64,000 nucleotides of DNA from Candidatus Methylomirabilia bacterium (GCA_041490825.1 JBGPTW010000001.1:9478-73477), one strand, 5' to 3'. Shown: positions 28,299 to 37,793, numbered from the stretch's first letter. Notes: generated by a model from the sequence alone, not told the origin. A program made the numbers and translations.

Positions 28299-29827
28299 CG
28301 ATAGATCTCGGTGTCGCCGATCCGCCGGACGAGCGTGTAGCCACTTTCCGCGAGCAATCGCCGGTACAGCGGCTTGCCGTCGTAGACTTGACTGCCCGGC
28401 CGCCCGTCGAAGACGAAGAGCCCGAGGACGACCACGTTCGCTTTGTGGCGGCGGATGTGATCGATCAGCTCGAAGATCGAGATGTAGTTGTAGCGCCCGA
28501 CATCGGACGGTGACATCTCGAAAGAGTAGTAGAGGTTCAGGTGGTTCTCGGTGTGGGGCAGGATGGACGCCTTGGACTCGATGAGATAGCCGGGCCACCA
28601 CGTGATGACGACGGGATTCCCCGCCGGGACCGCTTCATCGATCGCCCGGGCGACGCGATTGATCGTCGGGATCTTCCAGTCATCGACTCTGATCATCGGC
28701 GGCACGTCCCGGCCGACGATGAACAGGGACAGGTCCACGGGCACGACGAGCACGTAGAGCGCGAGGAGGACGGCGGCCACGTGCCCGAGCTTTCGACGCG
28801 CGCCTGTCCCCGCGATTCCGCTCGGGAGCGCTTTCACGATATCGGCGGCGAGGAGCGCGGCGTTGACGATCATGAACGGCAGCGGGATGCACGCGTACTG
28901 CGGGTAGGTCGGCGTCAGCATGACGCTCACCAGCAGCAAGAGCGCGGCGATCGGCGCGGACGGCGGCAAGCGCTCCCGCATGATGAGCCGCGACACGCCG
29001 AGCGCCGCGTTCAAGAACAGTAAGATTGTGAACTGCAGGCTGGTGGCGCCTTCCGAGCCGACCAAGGTCAGGAGCAGGAGCACCGCGCTGACCTTCTGCG
29101 AGAAATCACCGACGGCGCCCAGACCCCCGGAGCGGATCACATGGTGGCCGATGACGTTGAAGACGAACGTGTCGGGATCGATCAGAAACAACGGCAGCAT
29201 CGGGAGGAACGCCACGCCAAGCCCGGCGGCGAACCAGCCGAGCTGTCGGGCGCCGTTCCGCCCCGGCTCCCGGCGCACGACCTCGATGGCGAGGACGAAG
29301 ACCGCCACCAGCGCGTAGATCCGCGTCGCGACGGCGAGCCCGAGGAAGAGCCCGCTCAGGAAATATTTCCAGCGCTGCCATCCGGAGTCGAGAACCGCCC
29401 AGGCCAGGAAGAGCATCAGCGTGGGGAAGACGAACGTCTTCACCGCCGGGTACCACACGGCGGCGAGGCCGCTGGACGCGAACGCCACCGTGGCGAGGAC
29501 GGCGATTCGTCGATCACGTGTGAGGTGGAGCACCTGACGGAAGAGGGCGAGCCCCAGCGCCACCGCGAACGCGGCCGACAACAGGCGCGCAGAGTACCAG
29601 GAAACACCGAACAGCTTCATCCACGCGCCGTAGAGATAGGGCAGCAGCGGCATCTGGGGGTACGAGAAATCGTGGTACAGCAGCTTGCCCTGCATGACCA
29701 GCTTCGCCGCGATGAGATACGCCCCCTCGTCGGAGTCCGCGATGCGGGCGATCGACATCGGGATGAACACGGCGGCCAACACGACAGCGAGGACGAGATA
29801 CGTCAGGGAGAGAGAAGGCCTCGCCAC
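28283..29827 (-). CDS. GT-C (ArnT/PMT-2-like) membrane glycosyltransferase, paralog 1
   Basis: DSDEGAYLIAAKLVMQGKLLYHDFSYPQMPLL; polytopic. Confidence 0.75.
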   Translation of the reverse strand: MARPSLSLTYLVLAVVLAAVFIPMSIARIADSDEGAYLIAAKLVMQGKLLYHDFSYPQMPLLPYLYGAWMKLFGVSWYSARLLSAAFAVALGLALFRQVLHLTRDRRIAVLATVAFASSGLAAVWYPAVKTFVFPTLMLFLAWAVLDSGWQRWKYFLSGLFLGLAVATRIYALVAVFVLAIEVVRREPGRNGARQLGWFAAGLGVAFLPMLPLFLIDPDTFVFNVIGHHVIRSGGLGAVGDFSQKVSAVLLLLTLVGSEGATSLQFTILLFLNAALGVSRLIMRERLPPSAPIAALLLLVSVMLTPTYPQYACIPLPFMIVNAALLAADIVKALPSGIAGTGARRKLGHVAAVLLALYVLVVPVDLSLFIVGRDVPPMIRVDDWKIPTINRVARAIDEAVPAGNPVVITWWPGYLIESKASILPHTENHLNLYYSFEMSPSDVGRYNYISIFELIDHIRRHKANVVVLGLFVFDGRPGSQVYDGKPLYRRLLAESGYTLVRRIGDTEIYRWPGA

Positions 29828-29836
29828 TGCCCGGCG

Positions 29837-29845
29837 ATTTTAGCA
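29837..29845 (-). promoter_or_regulatory. extended -10 promoter of the glycosyltransferase operon
   Basis: TGCTAAAAT 9 nt before the GTG; no SD. Confidence 0.55.
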
Positions 29846-29869
29846 CGGGCTCGCCGGCGAGCCGCGGGG

Positions 29870-30337
29870 TCAGGACGAGAGCCGGACCGGGTCGCCCTCA
29901 CGGATCCTGCCCTCCGCAAGCACCCGGGCGTACACGCGGCTCCATCCCGGGTGACGTTGTTGCGACACGCGCGAGTCATCGCCGTCGGCGAACACCGATC
30001 GGATGTTACGACAGGGACTCGTATACCGCGCGATCTCGAGCGTCACGCCGTCAGCGATCACGATCTGCGCCCCGGGAACGACGAGATCCCAGTCGAGTCC
30101 CTCGATCGTGACGTTCTCGCCGATCGCGCCCGGGACGATCGTGTGCCCTTCCTGCCGCAGCGCCGTGATGCGCTCGTTCGCGTAGAGGCACACCGCGCGC
30201 TCGGGCCCGCCGTGATGCTCCGTGGCGCGCTGCCGGTCGCCTTCCACGCCGGAACGGCTGATGCGGGTGACCGGCACGCGGAGCTTCGGCACGCCACCGG
30301 GTGACACGCTGATCTGGACGACCCGCGCCGGAGTCAC
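29870..30337 (-). CDS. MOSC domain protein
   Basis: GGVPK, HHGGPERAVCLY, GENVT, PC, RVYARVL.EG. Confidence 0.9.
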   Translation of the reverse strand: MTPARVVQISVSPGGVPKLRVPVTRISRSGVEGDRQRATEHHGGPERAVCLYANERITALRQEGHTIVPGAIGENVTIEGLDWDLVVPGAQIVIADGVTLEIARYTSPCRNIRSVFADGDDSRVSQQRHPGWSRVYARVLAEGRIREGDPVRLSS

Positions 30338-30374
30338 CAGCCTCTTCCTGGACGCACCAGCTCCGCCTCGCCAC

Positions 30375-31361
30375 TCACCAGCCGAGCTCCGTGCCGATTC
30401 CGTGAGCGATGGCTCGGGTATAGGCGAGGCGGGCCGTGGCGAGATCCTCGAGTGCAAAGCCCACGGACTTGAAGAGCGTCACTTGATCCTCCGTCGTTCG
30501 GCCGCGCCCGGGATCGCCGACGAGCTCGGACAGCTCGGCGACGATGTGGCTGCGATCGATGAGCCCTTCCGCCAGCGGGATCAGCAAATCTCCGGCGTCT
30601 TCGAGGGCGCCGGCGTAGGAGTCGACGACGATCCGCGCGCGCCGCACCGTTTCGCTGTCGACCTCCCGTGTCTTCGGGCTGAACGCGCCCACGGCATCGA
30701 CGTGCGCGCCCGGCGCCAGATCGACACCGTGGACCACGGGCGTGGTCGAGGTCGTCGCACACGTCACGATGTCGGCGCGCTTGACCGCCTCGCGCGGATC
30801 GTCGGCGACTGCGACCGGCACACCGAGAAGCGCGGTCATCCGGCCCGCGAACGCCTGCGCGCGTGCCCGGTCGCGACCGATCACCGCCACGCCTTGCACC
30901 GGCCGCACGGCGGCGAGGCAGCGGAGCTGGAACTCGGCCTGCACGCCGGCGCCGAAGCAGGCGACGCGCCGCGCGTCCGGTCGCGCCAGGTACCGGGCCG
31001 CGAGCGCGGACGCGGCGCCGGTGCGGAGCGCCGTCAGATACGTGCCTTCCAGGAGCGCGACCGGCTTTCCGCTCGCGCGCTCCATGAGCACGTAGCTTGC
31101 GTGGATCGTCGCGTGCCCGCGCGCGCGATTGCCCGCGTAGTACGTGACGAGCTTGGTGCCCAGCGCGCCGTCGCCGCCGCCGGCGGCATCCATCGCGGCC
31201 GGCATCAGGATGAGGACGCCGTCGTCGGTGACCGGGACAACCGTTCGCGGGGGAACGAGTGTCTGGCGTCGGGCGTGGCGGGCGAACGCGTCGGCGAGCG
31301 CATCGACCACGTCGGCGGGTGTCAGCAGCGTCTCGAGGTCGGCTCGGGCCAGGAGCAGCAC
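30375..31361 (-). CDS. ornithine cyclodeaminase/mu-crystallin family protein
   Basis: LTALRTGAAS, GAGVQA, FKSVGFALED. Confidence 0.93.
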   Translation of the reverse strand: MLLLARADLETLLTPADVVDALADAFARHARRQTLVPPRTVVPVTDDGVLILMPAAMDAAGGGDGALGTKLVTYYAGNRARGHATIHASYVLMERASGKPVALLEGTYLTALRTGAASALAARYLARPDARRVACFGAGVQAEFQLRCLAAVRPVQGVAVIGRDRARAQAFAGRMTALLGVPVAVADDPREAVKRADIVTCATTSTTPVVHGVDLAPGAHVDAVGAFSPKTREVDSETVRRARIVVDSYAGALEDAGDLLIPLAEGLIDRSHIVAELSELVGDPGRGRTTEDQVTLFKSVGFALEDLATARLAYTRAIAHGIGTELGW

Positions 31362-31364
31362 GGG

Positions 31365-31832
31365 TCAGTGTGTACCGTGTGCCGCCGCCCGGCGGATCAT
31401 GCGCCGGATCTCGGCCTCGAGCACCACCTCGTTGCGCTGGTTGAGAATCCGGTGACGGTACGTGACGATGCCCCGGTCGGGCTTCTTGCTCTCCCGCTTC
31501 TGAGTCACCTCGACCTCGACGTGAATCGTGTCACCTTCGAAGACTGGCGCGACCACGCGGAGGTCGCCACCGAGGAACGCCATGCCGGTGCCGTGGATCA
31601 GACCGAGCTGCATGATGAGCCCTTCGGAGAGCGCGAACGTCAGCGCCCCCGGCGCCGCGCGCCGCCCGAACACCGACTCGCGCGCGACGTATTCCATGTC
31701 CATGAAAAGCGGCTCGGTGAAGCCGCACAGGTTCACGAAGGTCACGATATCGGTCTCCGAGACGGTGCGGGCCAGTGTCGTGTACGTCGCGCCGATGTGG
31801 TGCTCTTCGAACGTCGCTCCTTGGCTCAGCAT
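31365..31832 (-). CDS. MaoC-like hotdog dehydratase
   Basis: RTVSETDIVTF, FGRRAAPG, PVFEGDTI, NQRNEVV. Confidence 0.85.
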   Translation of the reverse strand: MLSQGATFEEHHIGATYTTLARTVSETDIVTFVNLCGFTEPLFMDMEYVARESVFGRRAAPGALTFALSEGLIMQLGLIHGTGMAFLGGDLRVVAPVFEGDTIHVEVEVTQKRESKKPDRGIVTYRHRILNQRNEVVLEAEIRRMIRRAAAHGTH

Positions 31833-32056
31833 TGGCGTGTCCTTCTACAGGGCACGGGCACCCGGGCTTTCGCCCGCCCGTGCCCCGCCGCGATCAGCGT
31901 GGTTGCCCTCTCGAACGGTTTGGCGTCCGGCTCTCCCTCACGTAACCGTCGCCCGTGCCCCGCCGCGATCAGCGTGGTTGCCCTCTCGAACGGTTTGGCG
32001 TCCGGCTCTCCCTCACGCAACCGTCGCCCGTGCCCCGCCGCGATCAGCGTCCTCAC
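31826..32056 (-). CDS. putative repeat-derived 76-aa ORF coupling livF to the MaoC gene
   Basis: GTG overlaps the livF stop; the stop overlaps the MaoC start. Confidence 0.3.
   Translation of the reverse strand: MRTLIAAGHGRRLREGEPDAKPFERATTLIAAGHGRRLREGEPDAKPFERATTLIAAGHGRAKARVPVPCRRTRQC
31875..32050. repeat. 75-bp tandem repeat x2.35
   Basis: Units start at 31875, 31950 and 32025, with one SNP between the full units. Confidence 0.97.
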
Positions 32057-32754
32057 TCGCCGAGATAGGCACGACGAACTTCCGGGTTCTCCGACAGCTC
32101 GACGGCGCTACCAGCGAGGACCACGGCGCCGGTTTCCAGCACATAGCCACGATGCGCGATCGACAGCGCCATGGCCGCATTCTGCTCGACCAGCAAGATC
32201 GTCGTTCCCTGCCGGTTGATGTCCACGATCGTTTCGAAGATCTGCTCGACGAGCACCGGGGCCAAGCCCATGCTCGGCTCGTCGAGCAACAAGAGGCGCG
32301 GGTTCGCCATCAGCGCACGCCCGATCGCGAGCATCTGCTGCTCGCCCCCGGACAGTGTTCCGGCCACCTGGGCGAAGCGCTCCTCGAGGCGCGGAAACAG
32401 CGCGACGACGCGTCCGACGTCGCGCTCGATGCCGCTATCGCGCCTGAGATATGCGCCCATCATGAGATTCTCCCGGACGCTCAGACGGTTGAAGATCCGC
32501 CGGCCCTCGGGCACATGCGCGATGCCGCGCAGGACGATTTCGTGCGCTGGCACGCCGCCGAGCGGTTCGCCGTCGAAATGTACGCCGCCGCGCCGAGGAC
32601 GCAGCAACCCGGACACGGTCCGGAGCGTTGTGGACTTGCCGGCGCCATTATTGCCGAGGAGTGCGACGATCTCACCCTGTCCCACCGTCAGGGCCACGCC
32701 GCGGAGCGCCTGGATCTCTCCGTAGAAGACCTCCAGGGCCTCGATGGTCAGCAC
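32053..32754 (-). CDS. livF: branched-chain amino acid ABC ATPase
   Basis: GNNGAGKST, VPEGRRIF, LSGGEQQM, LDEPS. Confidence 0.95.
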   Translation of the reverse strand: MLTIEALEVFYGEIQALRGVALTVGQGEIVALLGNNGAGKSTTLRTVSGLLRPRRGGVHFDGEPLGGVPAHEIVLRGIAHVPEGRRIFNRLSVRENLMMGAYLRRDSGIERDVGRVVALFPRLEERFAQVAGTLSGGEQQMLAIGRALMANPRLLLLDEPSMGLAPVLVEQIFETIVDINRQGTTILLVEQNAAMALSIAHRGYVLETGAVVLAGSAVELSENPEVRRAYLGE

Positions 32755-32792
32755 GTTCGCCTCACGGTGACGCGCTTCCGCCTTTGGCGACA

Positions 32793-33578
32793 CTACGTGG
32801 TCCCAGCCCGCGAGGTCCGACGACCGCGACCCAGGTAGGCCTCGATCACGTGTGGATCGGCCTGGACGTCGCGTGGCCTGCCCTCGGCGATCTTCTCGCC
32901 GTGATCGAGGACCGTGACACGATCGGACACCTCCATGACGACCCGCATGTTGTGCTCGATGAGGATGATCGCCAGGCCGAGCTCGGCCACGAGCCGGCGA
33001 AGGAGCTGCATGAGCAAGGACGCCTCGCCCTGCGTCATGCCGGCCGTCGGCTCGTCGAGAAGGAGCAGCGCCGGATCCGAGGCAAGGGCCCGCGCGAGCT
33101 CGAGTCGCCGCTGGTCGCCGTAGGGAAGGCTGCGCGCCACCGTATTGGCGCTGGCGTCGAGGCCCACGCGCTCGAGCAGTGTGCCGGCCCGCGCCCACAG
33201 CTTGCGCTCGGCGCGCTGAAAGCCTGGGCCATGGGACAGGACGTCCCAGAGCCCGAGCGGGATGCGCGCGTGCATGCCCACCAGCACGTTTTCGATCGCG
33301 GTCATGTTGCCGAACAGCCGGATGTTCTGGAACGTGCGACAGACGCCGAGCGCGGTGATCTGGTCGGGGCGCAGGCCTGCGAGCGGCTGGGCACGAAACG
33401 TCACGGCGCCCTCGTCGGCGCCGTACAGTCCCGTGAAGATGTTGAACAGGGTCGTCTTTCCCGCGCCATTGGGGCCGATGATCGACACGATGCCGGCGTC
33501 CACCGCGAAGTCGACGCGGTTGAGCGCCGTCAGGCCTCCGAACCGCTTCGTGACGCCGCACGCTTCGAAGAGGCTCAC
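32793..33578 (-). CDS. livG: branched-chain amino acid ABC ATPase
   Basis: GPNGAGKTT, RTFQNIRLF, LPYGDQRRLE, VIEAYLG. Confidence 0.95.
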   Translation of the reverse strand: MSLFEACGVTKRFGGLTALNRVDFAVDAGIVSIIGPNGAGKTTLFNIFTGLYGADEGAVTFRAQPLAGLRPDQITALGVCRTFQNIRLFGNMTAIENVLVGMHARIPLGLWDVLSHGPGFQRAERKLWARAGTLLERVGLDASANTVARSLPYGDQRRLELARALASDPALLLLDEPTAGMTQGEASLLMQLLRRLVAELGLAIILIEHNMRVVMEVSDRVTVLDHGEKIAEGRPRDVQADPHVIEAYLGRGRRTSRAGTT

Positions 33579-34807
33579 GAGGTGACCGCCGTCGACTCAG
33601 CGGCAGGGCTATGGCGCACACCGACGAGCTCCCGCTGCCGGCGACGCACGGGGAAGATGCCTTGCGGGCGGAAGATCATCATGACGACGAGGATGATCCC
33701 GAAGATCATCCGCTCGTACTTGGCGGGTTCGAGCTGCGTCGGCAGGTTGGCGAGGTTATAGCCGAGCACCGTCACGCCGGCGTTCTTCAGCTCGTTCAGC
33801 CAGAGGGAGAATCCCTTCAGCACCTGGAGATTCAGGACCGTGACAACCGTCGCGCCGAGCACGGCGCCCGGGATCGAGCCCATCCCACCCAGGATGACCA
33901 TCGAGAGCACGCCGATCGATTCGAGGAACGTGAACGATTCGGGGTTGATGAAGACTTGCTTGGCGGAGAACACGACACCCATCACGCCGGCGAACGAAGC
34001 GCCGCAGGCGAACGCGAGCAGCTTCGACCGGACCAGCGGCACGCCCATCGCTTGCGCGGCCAGCTCGTCCTCGCGAATCGCTTCCCATGCCCGACCGATG
34101 TGCGAGTTCTCCAGCCGGAGGTTGACGAGCACGACGACAGCCACGATCAGCAACACCAGGAAGTAGAACGCCTCGGCGTACGAAACGTTCACCGGCAGCG
34201 GCGGCCGCCCGATCGGTGTGATGCCTTTGGGGCCATTCGTGATGTTGATCGGCTTGTCGAGATTGTTGGCCAGCACCCGGATGACTTCGCCGAAGCCAAG
34301 CGTCACGATCGCCAGATAGTCGCCGCGAAGGCGCAGCACGGGGAGTCCGAGCAGCACGCCGGTGCCCGCGGCCATCACGAGACCGACGCCGAGGAAGACG
34401 TAGAACCACCCTGGCGCCAGCGGAAAGCCGGTGCCGAACACCGCGTTGCCTTGCGGTGATCCGAAGATCGCCCACGTGTAGGCGCCCACGGCAAAGAACG
34501 CCACGTAGCCGAGATCGAGAAGACCCGCCAGTCCGACGACGATGTTCAGGCCGAGCGCCAGCGCGACGAAGATGCCGACCTGGGTCGCGACTTCCAGGTA
34601 ATATCCGTTGGACGCGCCGATGACCGGCATCATGACGAGAAGCGCGATGGCCAGCAAGGCGGCGCGCAGCCAGCCCGGGATCTTCGCGACGTACACGATC
34701 AGCACCGACGTCTGGAACAGCAGGAAGGCCAGGACGGAGCGCGGGAAGCTCGCGACGGCGAGTCCGGACACGATCAGCAGCCCGACCGTCAGCGCGATCC
34801 TCGTCAC
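33575..34807 (-). CDS. livM: branched-chain amino acid ABC permease
   Basis: GLLDLGYVAF, LRLRGDYLAIVTLGFGE. Confidence 0.95.
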   Translation of the reverse strand: MTRIALTVGLLIVSGLAVASFPRSVLAFLLFQTSVLIVYVAKIPGWLRAALLAIALLVMMPVIGASNGYYLEVATQVGIFVALALGLNIVVGLAGLLDLGYVAFFAVGAYTWAIFGSPQGNAVFGTGFPLAPGWFYVFLGVGLVMAAGTGVLLGLPVLRLRGDYLAIVTLGFGEVIRVLANNLDKPINITNGPKGITPIGRPPLPVNVSYAEAFYFLVLLIVAVVVLVNLRLENSHIGRAWEAIREDELAAQAMGVPLVRSKLLAFACGASFAGVMGVVFSAKQVFINPESFTFLESIGVLSMVILGGMGSIPGAVLGATVVTVLNLQVLKGFSLWLNELKNAGVTVLGYNLANLPTQLEPAKYERMIFGIILVVMMIFRPQGIFPVRRRQRELVGVRHSPAAESTAVTS

Positions 34808-35775
34808 GCGCGCTCCCGCACGACCTCACCCAGGAGGCCCTTCGGCCGGAAGATGAGGATCAGGATCAGGATCGAGAAGGCGAAGATGTCCTTGTACTCG
34901 GCGCCGAACGCGCCGCCGGTCAGCAGGGAGAGGTAGGACGCGGCGAAGGCCTCGAGCAGCCCCAGCACGATGCCACCGACCATCGCGCCGGGGATGTTGC
35001 CGATTCCGCCGAGGACGGCGGCCGTGAACGCTTTCAGGCCCGGGATGAACCCGGTGTAGGGGTTGATGAGCCCGTACTGCACGCCGAAGAGCACCCCGGC
35101 AGCGCCGCCCATCGCGCCGCCGATGAGAAACGTCAGCGAGATGATGCGGTTGACGTTCACGCCCATCAGGCTGGCCGCGACCTGGTCCTCCGCGACGGCG
35201 CGAATCGCGGTGCCGATCTTCGTGCGGTTCACCAGCATGTGGAGCGCCCAGAGCATCAGCAGCGCGGCGCCGATCACGACGAGCGACTTCACGGAGACGT
35301 CGATGGTCGACGTGAGCTCGAAGCGGCGGTTCAAGCCGCTCATCGTCGGATAGACGAGGTTGAAGGCGTTGCGCCAGATCGACTCGACGAGGCGAATCGC
35401 GTCTTGCAGGAAGAAGGAGACACCGATCGCCGAGATCAGCGGGATGAGTCGCGGGGCGTGGCGCAGCGGGCGGTAGGCCACGCGCTCGATGGTGACGGCG
35501 AGCAGCCCGCTGACCACCATGCCCGCGACGATGATCAGCGCGAGGACGAGGACCCAGGGTAACCGTTCGAGCAGGCCGGCGGCCTTGAGGCCGAGCAGGA
35601 TCTCGACCCCGACGAAGGCGCCGACGATGAAGATCTCGCTGTGGGCGAAATTGATGAACTCGAGCACGCCGTACACCATCGTGTATCCGAGCGCGATGAG
35701 CGCGTACATGAAGCCGAGGATGAGCCCGTCGAGGAGGACCTGGGGGAAGATGCTGATGAGGAGCTGAAAATCCAT
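34804..35775 (-). CDS. livH: branched-chain amino acid ABC permease
   Basis: ALGYTMVYG..INFAH, KAFTAAVLGGIG. Confidence 0.95.
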   Translation of the reverse strand: MDFQLLISIFPQVLLDGLILGFMYALIALGYTMVYGVLEFINFAHSEIFIVGAFVGVEILLGLKAAGLLERLPWVLVLALIIVAGMVVSGLLAVTIERVAYRPLRHAPRLIPLISAIGVSFFLQDAIRLVESIWRNAFNLVYPTMSGLNRRFELTSTIDVSVKSLVVIGAALLMLWALHMLVNRTKIGTAIRAVAEDQVAASLMGVNVNRIISLTFLIGGAMGGAAGVLFGVQYGLINPYTGFIPGLKAFTAAVLGGIGNIPGAMVGGIVLGLLEAFAASYLSLLTGGAFGAEYKDIFAFSILILILIFRPKGLLGEVVRERA

Positions 35776-35803
35776 CGCAGTGCCGGGCGCGAGAAGACGG
35801 TCA

Positions 35804-35878
35804 GGCCGAGGGCGGGGGCACCCTCGGAAAACCGTGGTAGTCGTAGTCGGTTTTCAGAGGGTGCCCCCGTCCCCGGCC
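35804..35878. other. 31-bp stem-loop between the SBP and permease genes
   Basis: 35804-35834 pairs with 35848-35878 with 3 mismatches. Confidence 0.75.
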
Positions 35879-35883
35879 GGCCC

Positions 35884-37080
35884 CTACTTCTTGGCGCCGG
35901 GCGCGGCGATGGTCAGTCGCTTGACTTCCTTGTTGTCTCCCCACTTCTCCGGATTCTCGTCCGCCACCTGCAGCACGAAGTAGAGAGCCTTCTTCGGGTC
36001 GCCCTTCTCGTCGAACTCGACCGAGCCGGTGATCCCCGTGTGCTTCACGCCCCTGATCGCCGCCGTGACGGCGTCGCGAGTCGGTACCTTGCCGCCCTTG
36101 GTCGCGGCCTCGATGGCCTTGATCGCGATCGCCGTGGCGTCGTAAGCCTGCGCGGAAAACGGTTCGGGGTTCTTGCCGAACTTCTTCTTGTACTCGTCGG
36201 CGAACTGCTTGGCCTGCGGATACACCGAGACCGGCCCGGCCACCGACGTGTAATACATGCCGACCACGGCGTTGCCGGCGATCTTCACGAGATCGGATGA
36301 GTCCAGGCCGTCCGGGCCCATGAACTTGGCCTTCACGCCCTTCTCGCGCGCCTGCTTGAAGAAGGGCCCCGCTTGCTCGTAGATCCCGCCGAAGTAGATG
36401 AGATCGGGATTCTTGGCCTTGATCGGTGTGATGATCGGATCGAAGTTCGACTTTTCCTCGGTGCCCTCGAAGCCGACGACCTTGATGCCCTTCTTCTCGG
36501 CGTCCGCCTTGAAGAACTCCGCCACGCCCTGGCCGTACGTGGTCTTGTCATGCATCACGTACACGGTCTTGACCTTCATCGTCGAGCTGGCGAACTCGGA
36601 ACCGACGACACCCTGGACGTCGTCCCGCCCGCACACGCGATAGATGTTCGGGTAACCGCGGTCGGTGATGGTCGGATTGGTGTTCGCCGGCGAGATCATC
36701 GCCAGGTTCACCTCTTTGTAGACCTCGGAGGACGGAATCGCGACGCCGGAGTTCAGATGGCCGATGACGACCATGATCTCCTTGTCGGCGATGATGTTCT
36801 TCGCGTTGGCGACGCCGACGTCGGGCTTCGCCTGGTCATCGAACGGCACCAGCTCGACTTTGAAGCCCTGTTTCTCGAGCGTGCTCCTGAACTTCTCCAC
36901 GGCGAGCTGCGTGCCCAGCTTGATCCCTTCGCCCAGGGCCGCCTGCCCGCCGGACAGGGGACTCTGGCTCGCGATCTTGATCGTGGCCTTGCTCTGGGCA
37001 GCGATGTTGGAGCCGGCAGGCAGGAGCGCGAGCGCGAACGCCACGCAGAGGATGAGGGTCGAGCGAGCGTAGGTGATCAT
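35884..37080 (-). CDS. livK: branched-chain amino acid ABC substrate-binding protein
   Basis: Signal peptide, PLSG, GHLNSG, RDDVQG, YGQG. Confidence 0.93.
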   Translation of the reverse strand: MITYARSTLILCVAFALALLPAGSNIAAQSKATIKIASQSPLSGGQAALGEGIKLGTQLAVEKFRSTLEKQGFKVELVPFDDQAKPDVGVANAKNIIADKEIMVVIGHLNSGVAIPSSEVYKEVNLAMISPANTNPTITDRGYPNIYRVCGRDDVQGVVGSEFASSTMKVKTVYVMHDKTTYGQGVAEFFKADAEKKGIKVVGFEGTEEKSNFDPIITPIKAKNPDLIYFGGIYEQAGPFFKQAREKGVKAKFMGPDGLDSSDLVKIAGNAVVGMYYTSVAGPVSVYPQAKQFADEYKKKFGKNPEPFSAQAYDATAIAIKAIEAATKGGKVPTRDAVTAAIRGVKHTGITGSVEFDEKGDPKKALYFVLQVADENPEKWGDNKEVKRLTIAAPGAKK

Positions 37081-37121
37081 CGGTGTCGCCTCCTGGACGC
37101 GGCGGTGTGGAGCGCGTCGTC

Positions 37122-37150
37122 ATTATAGCGGTGGCCCCTGGAGGGCTCAA
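37122..37150 (-). promoter_or_regulatory. sigma70 promoter of the liv operon
   Basis: TTGAGC-N17-TATAAT; GGAGG SD downstream. Confidence 0.7.
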
Positions 37151-37151
37151 G

Positions 37152-37793
37152 TTACCGCTGCGACGTGCGTTGCCGGCGCGCGGCCTCGATGGCGTCGAGA
37201 AACCGGCGCGTCGCCACCGCCGGGTCGTCGGCGGCGCACACGGCGGAGATGACCGCGACGCCGTCGGCACCGGCGAGGATGACCTCAGCGAGATTCTCGA
37301 GCGTGATCCCGCCGATGCCGACGAGCGGGACCGTGATTTCGCGCCGCACGGTGCGTATGAGCTCGGGACCGACCAGCTCGAAGTCGGGCTTGCTCGCGGT
37401 CGGGAACATCGATCCGACTGCCACGTAGTCGGCGCCCTCGGCCTGAGCGGCGCGCGCCTGGGCGAGACTGTGCGTCGAGCGGCCGAGGAGCATGCCGCGC
37501 CGGAGGAGCGGTCGTGCCGCGCGCGACGGCAAGTCATCCTGGCCAAGGTGGACGCCGTCGGCATCGACGGCCAGTGCCATGTCCAGCCGGTCATTCACGA
37601 TGAAGGTCACGCCCGCGCGCCGGCACCGCTCGCGCATCCGCTCGGCGATCGGCAGAAGCTGGCCCGAGGGCCACTCCTTTTCACGGAGCTGCACCATCCG
37701 GACTCCGCCGGCAATCGCCGCCTCCAGGACGGTTTCAAGATCTCGGCCGCGCGCGGCGACGCGGTCGAGGATGACGTACAGGGTCGGGTTCAT
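37152..37793 (-). CDS. thiE: thiamine phosphate synthase
   Basis: QLREK, NDR.D.A....ADGVHLGQDD, STH, IGGI. Confidence 0.96.
   Translation of the reverse strand: MNPTLYVILDRVAARGRDLETVLEAAIAGGVRMVQLREKEWPSGQLLPIAERMRERCRRAGVTFIVNDRLDMALAVDADGVHLGQDDLPSRAARPLLRRGMLLGRSTHSLAQARAAQAEGADYVAVGSMFPTASKPDFELVGPELIRTVRREITVPLVGIGGITLENLAEVILAGADGVAVISAVCAADDPAVATRRFLDAIEAARRQRTSQR

Noticed and set aside
31845-31886. GTAG-family REP
   Set aside because: GTAG lies 3' of the hairpin on the minus strand, not 5' as in canonical REPs, and no RAYT gene is in the window.
31875-32050. Possible CRISPR array (26-bp repeat x3)
   Set aside because: The two intervening 49-bp segments differ by one base, so this is a plain tandem duplication.
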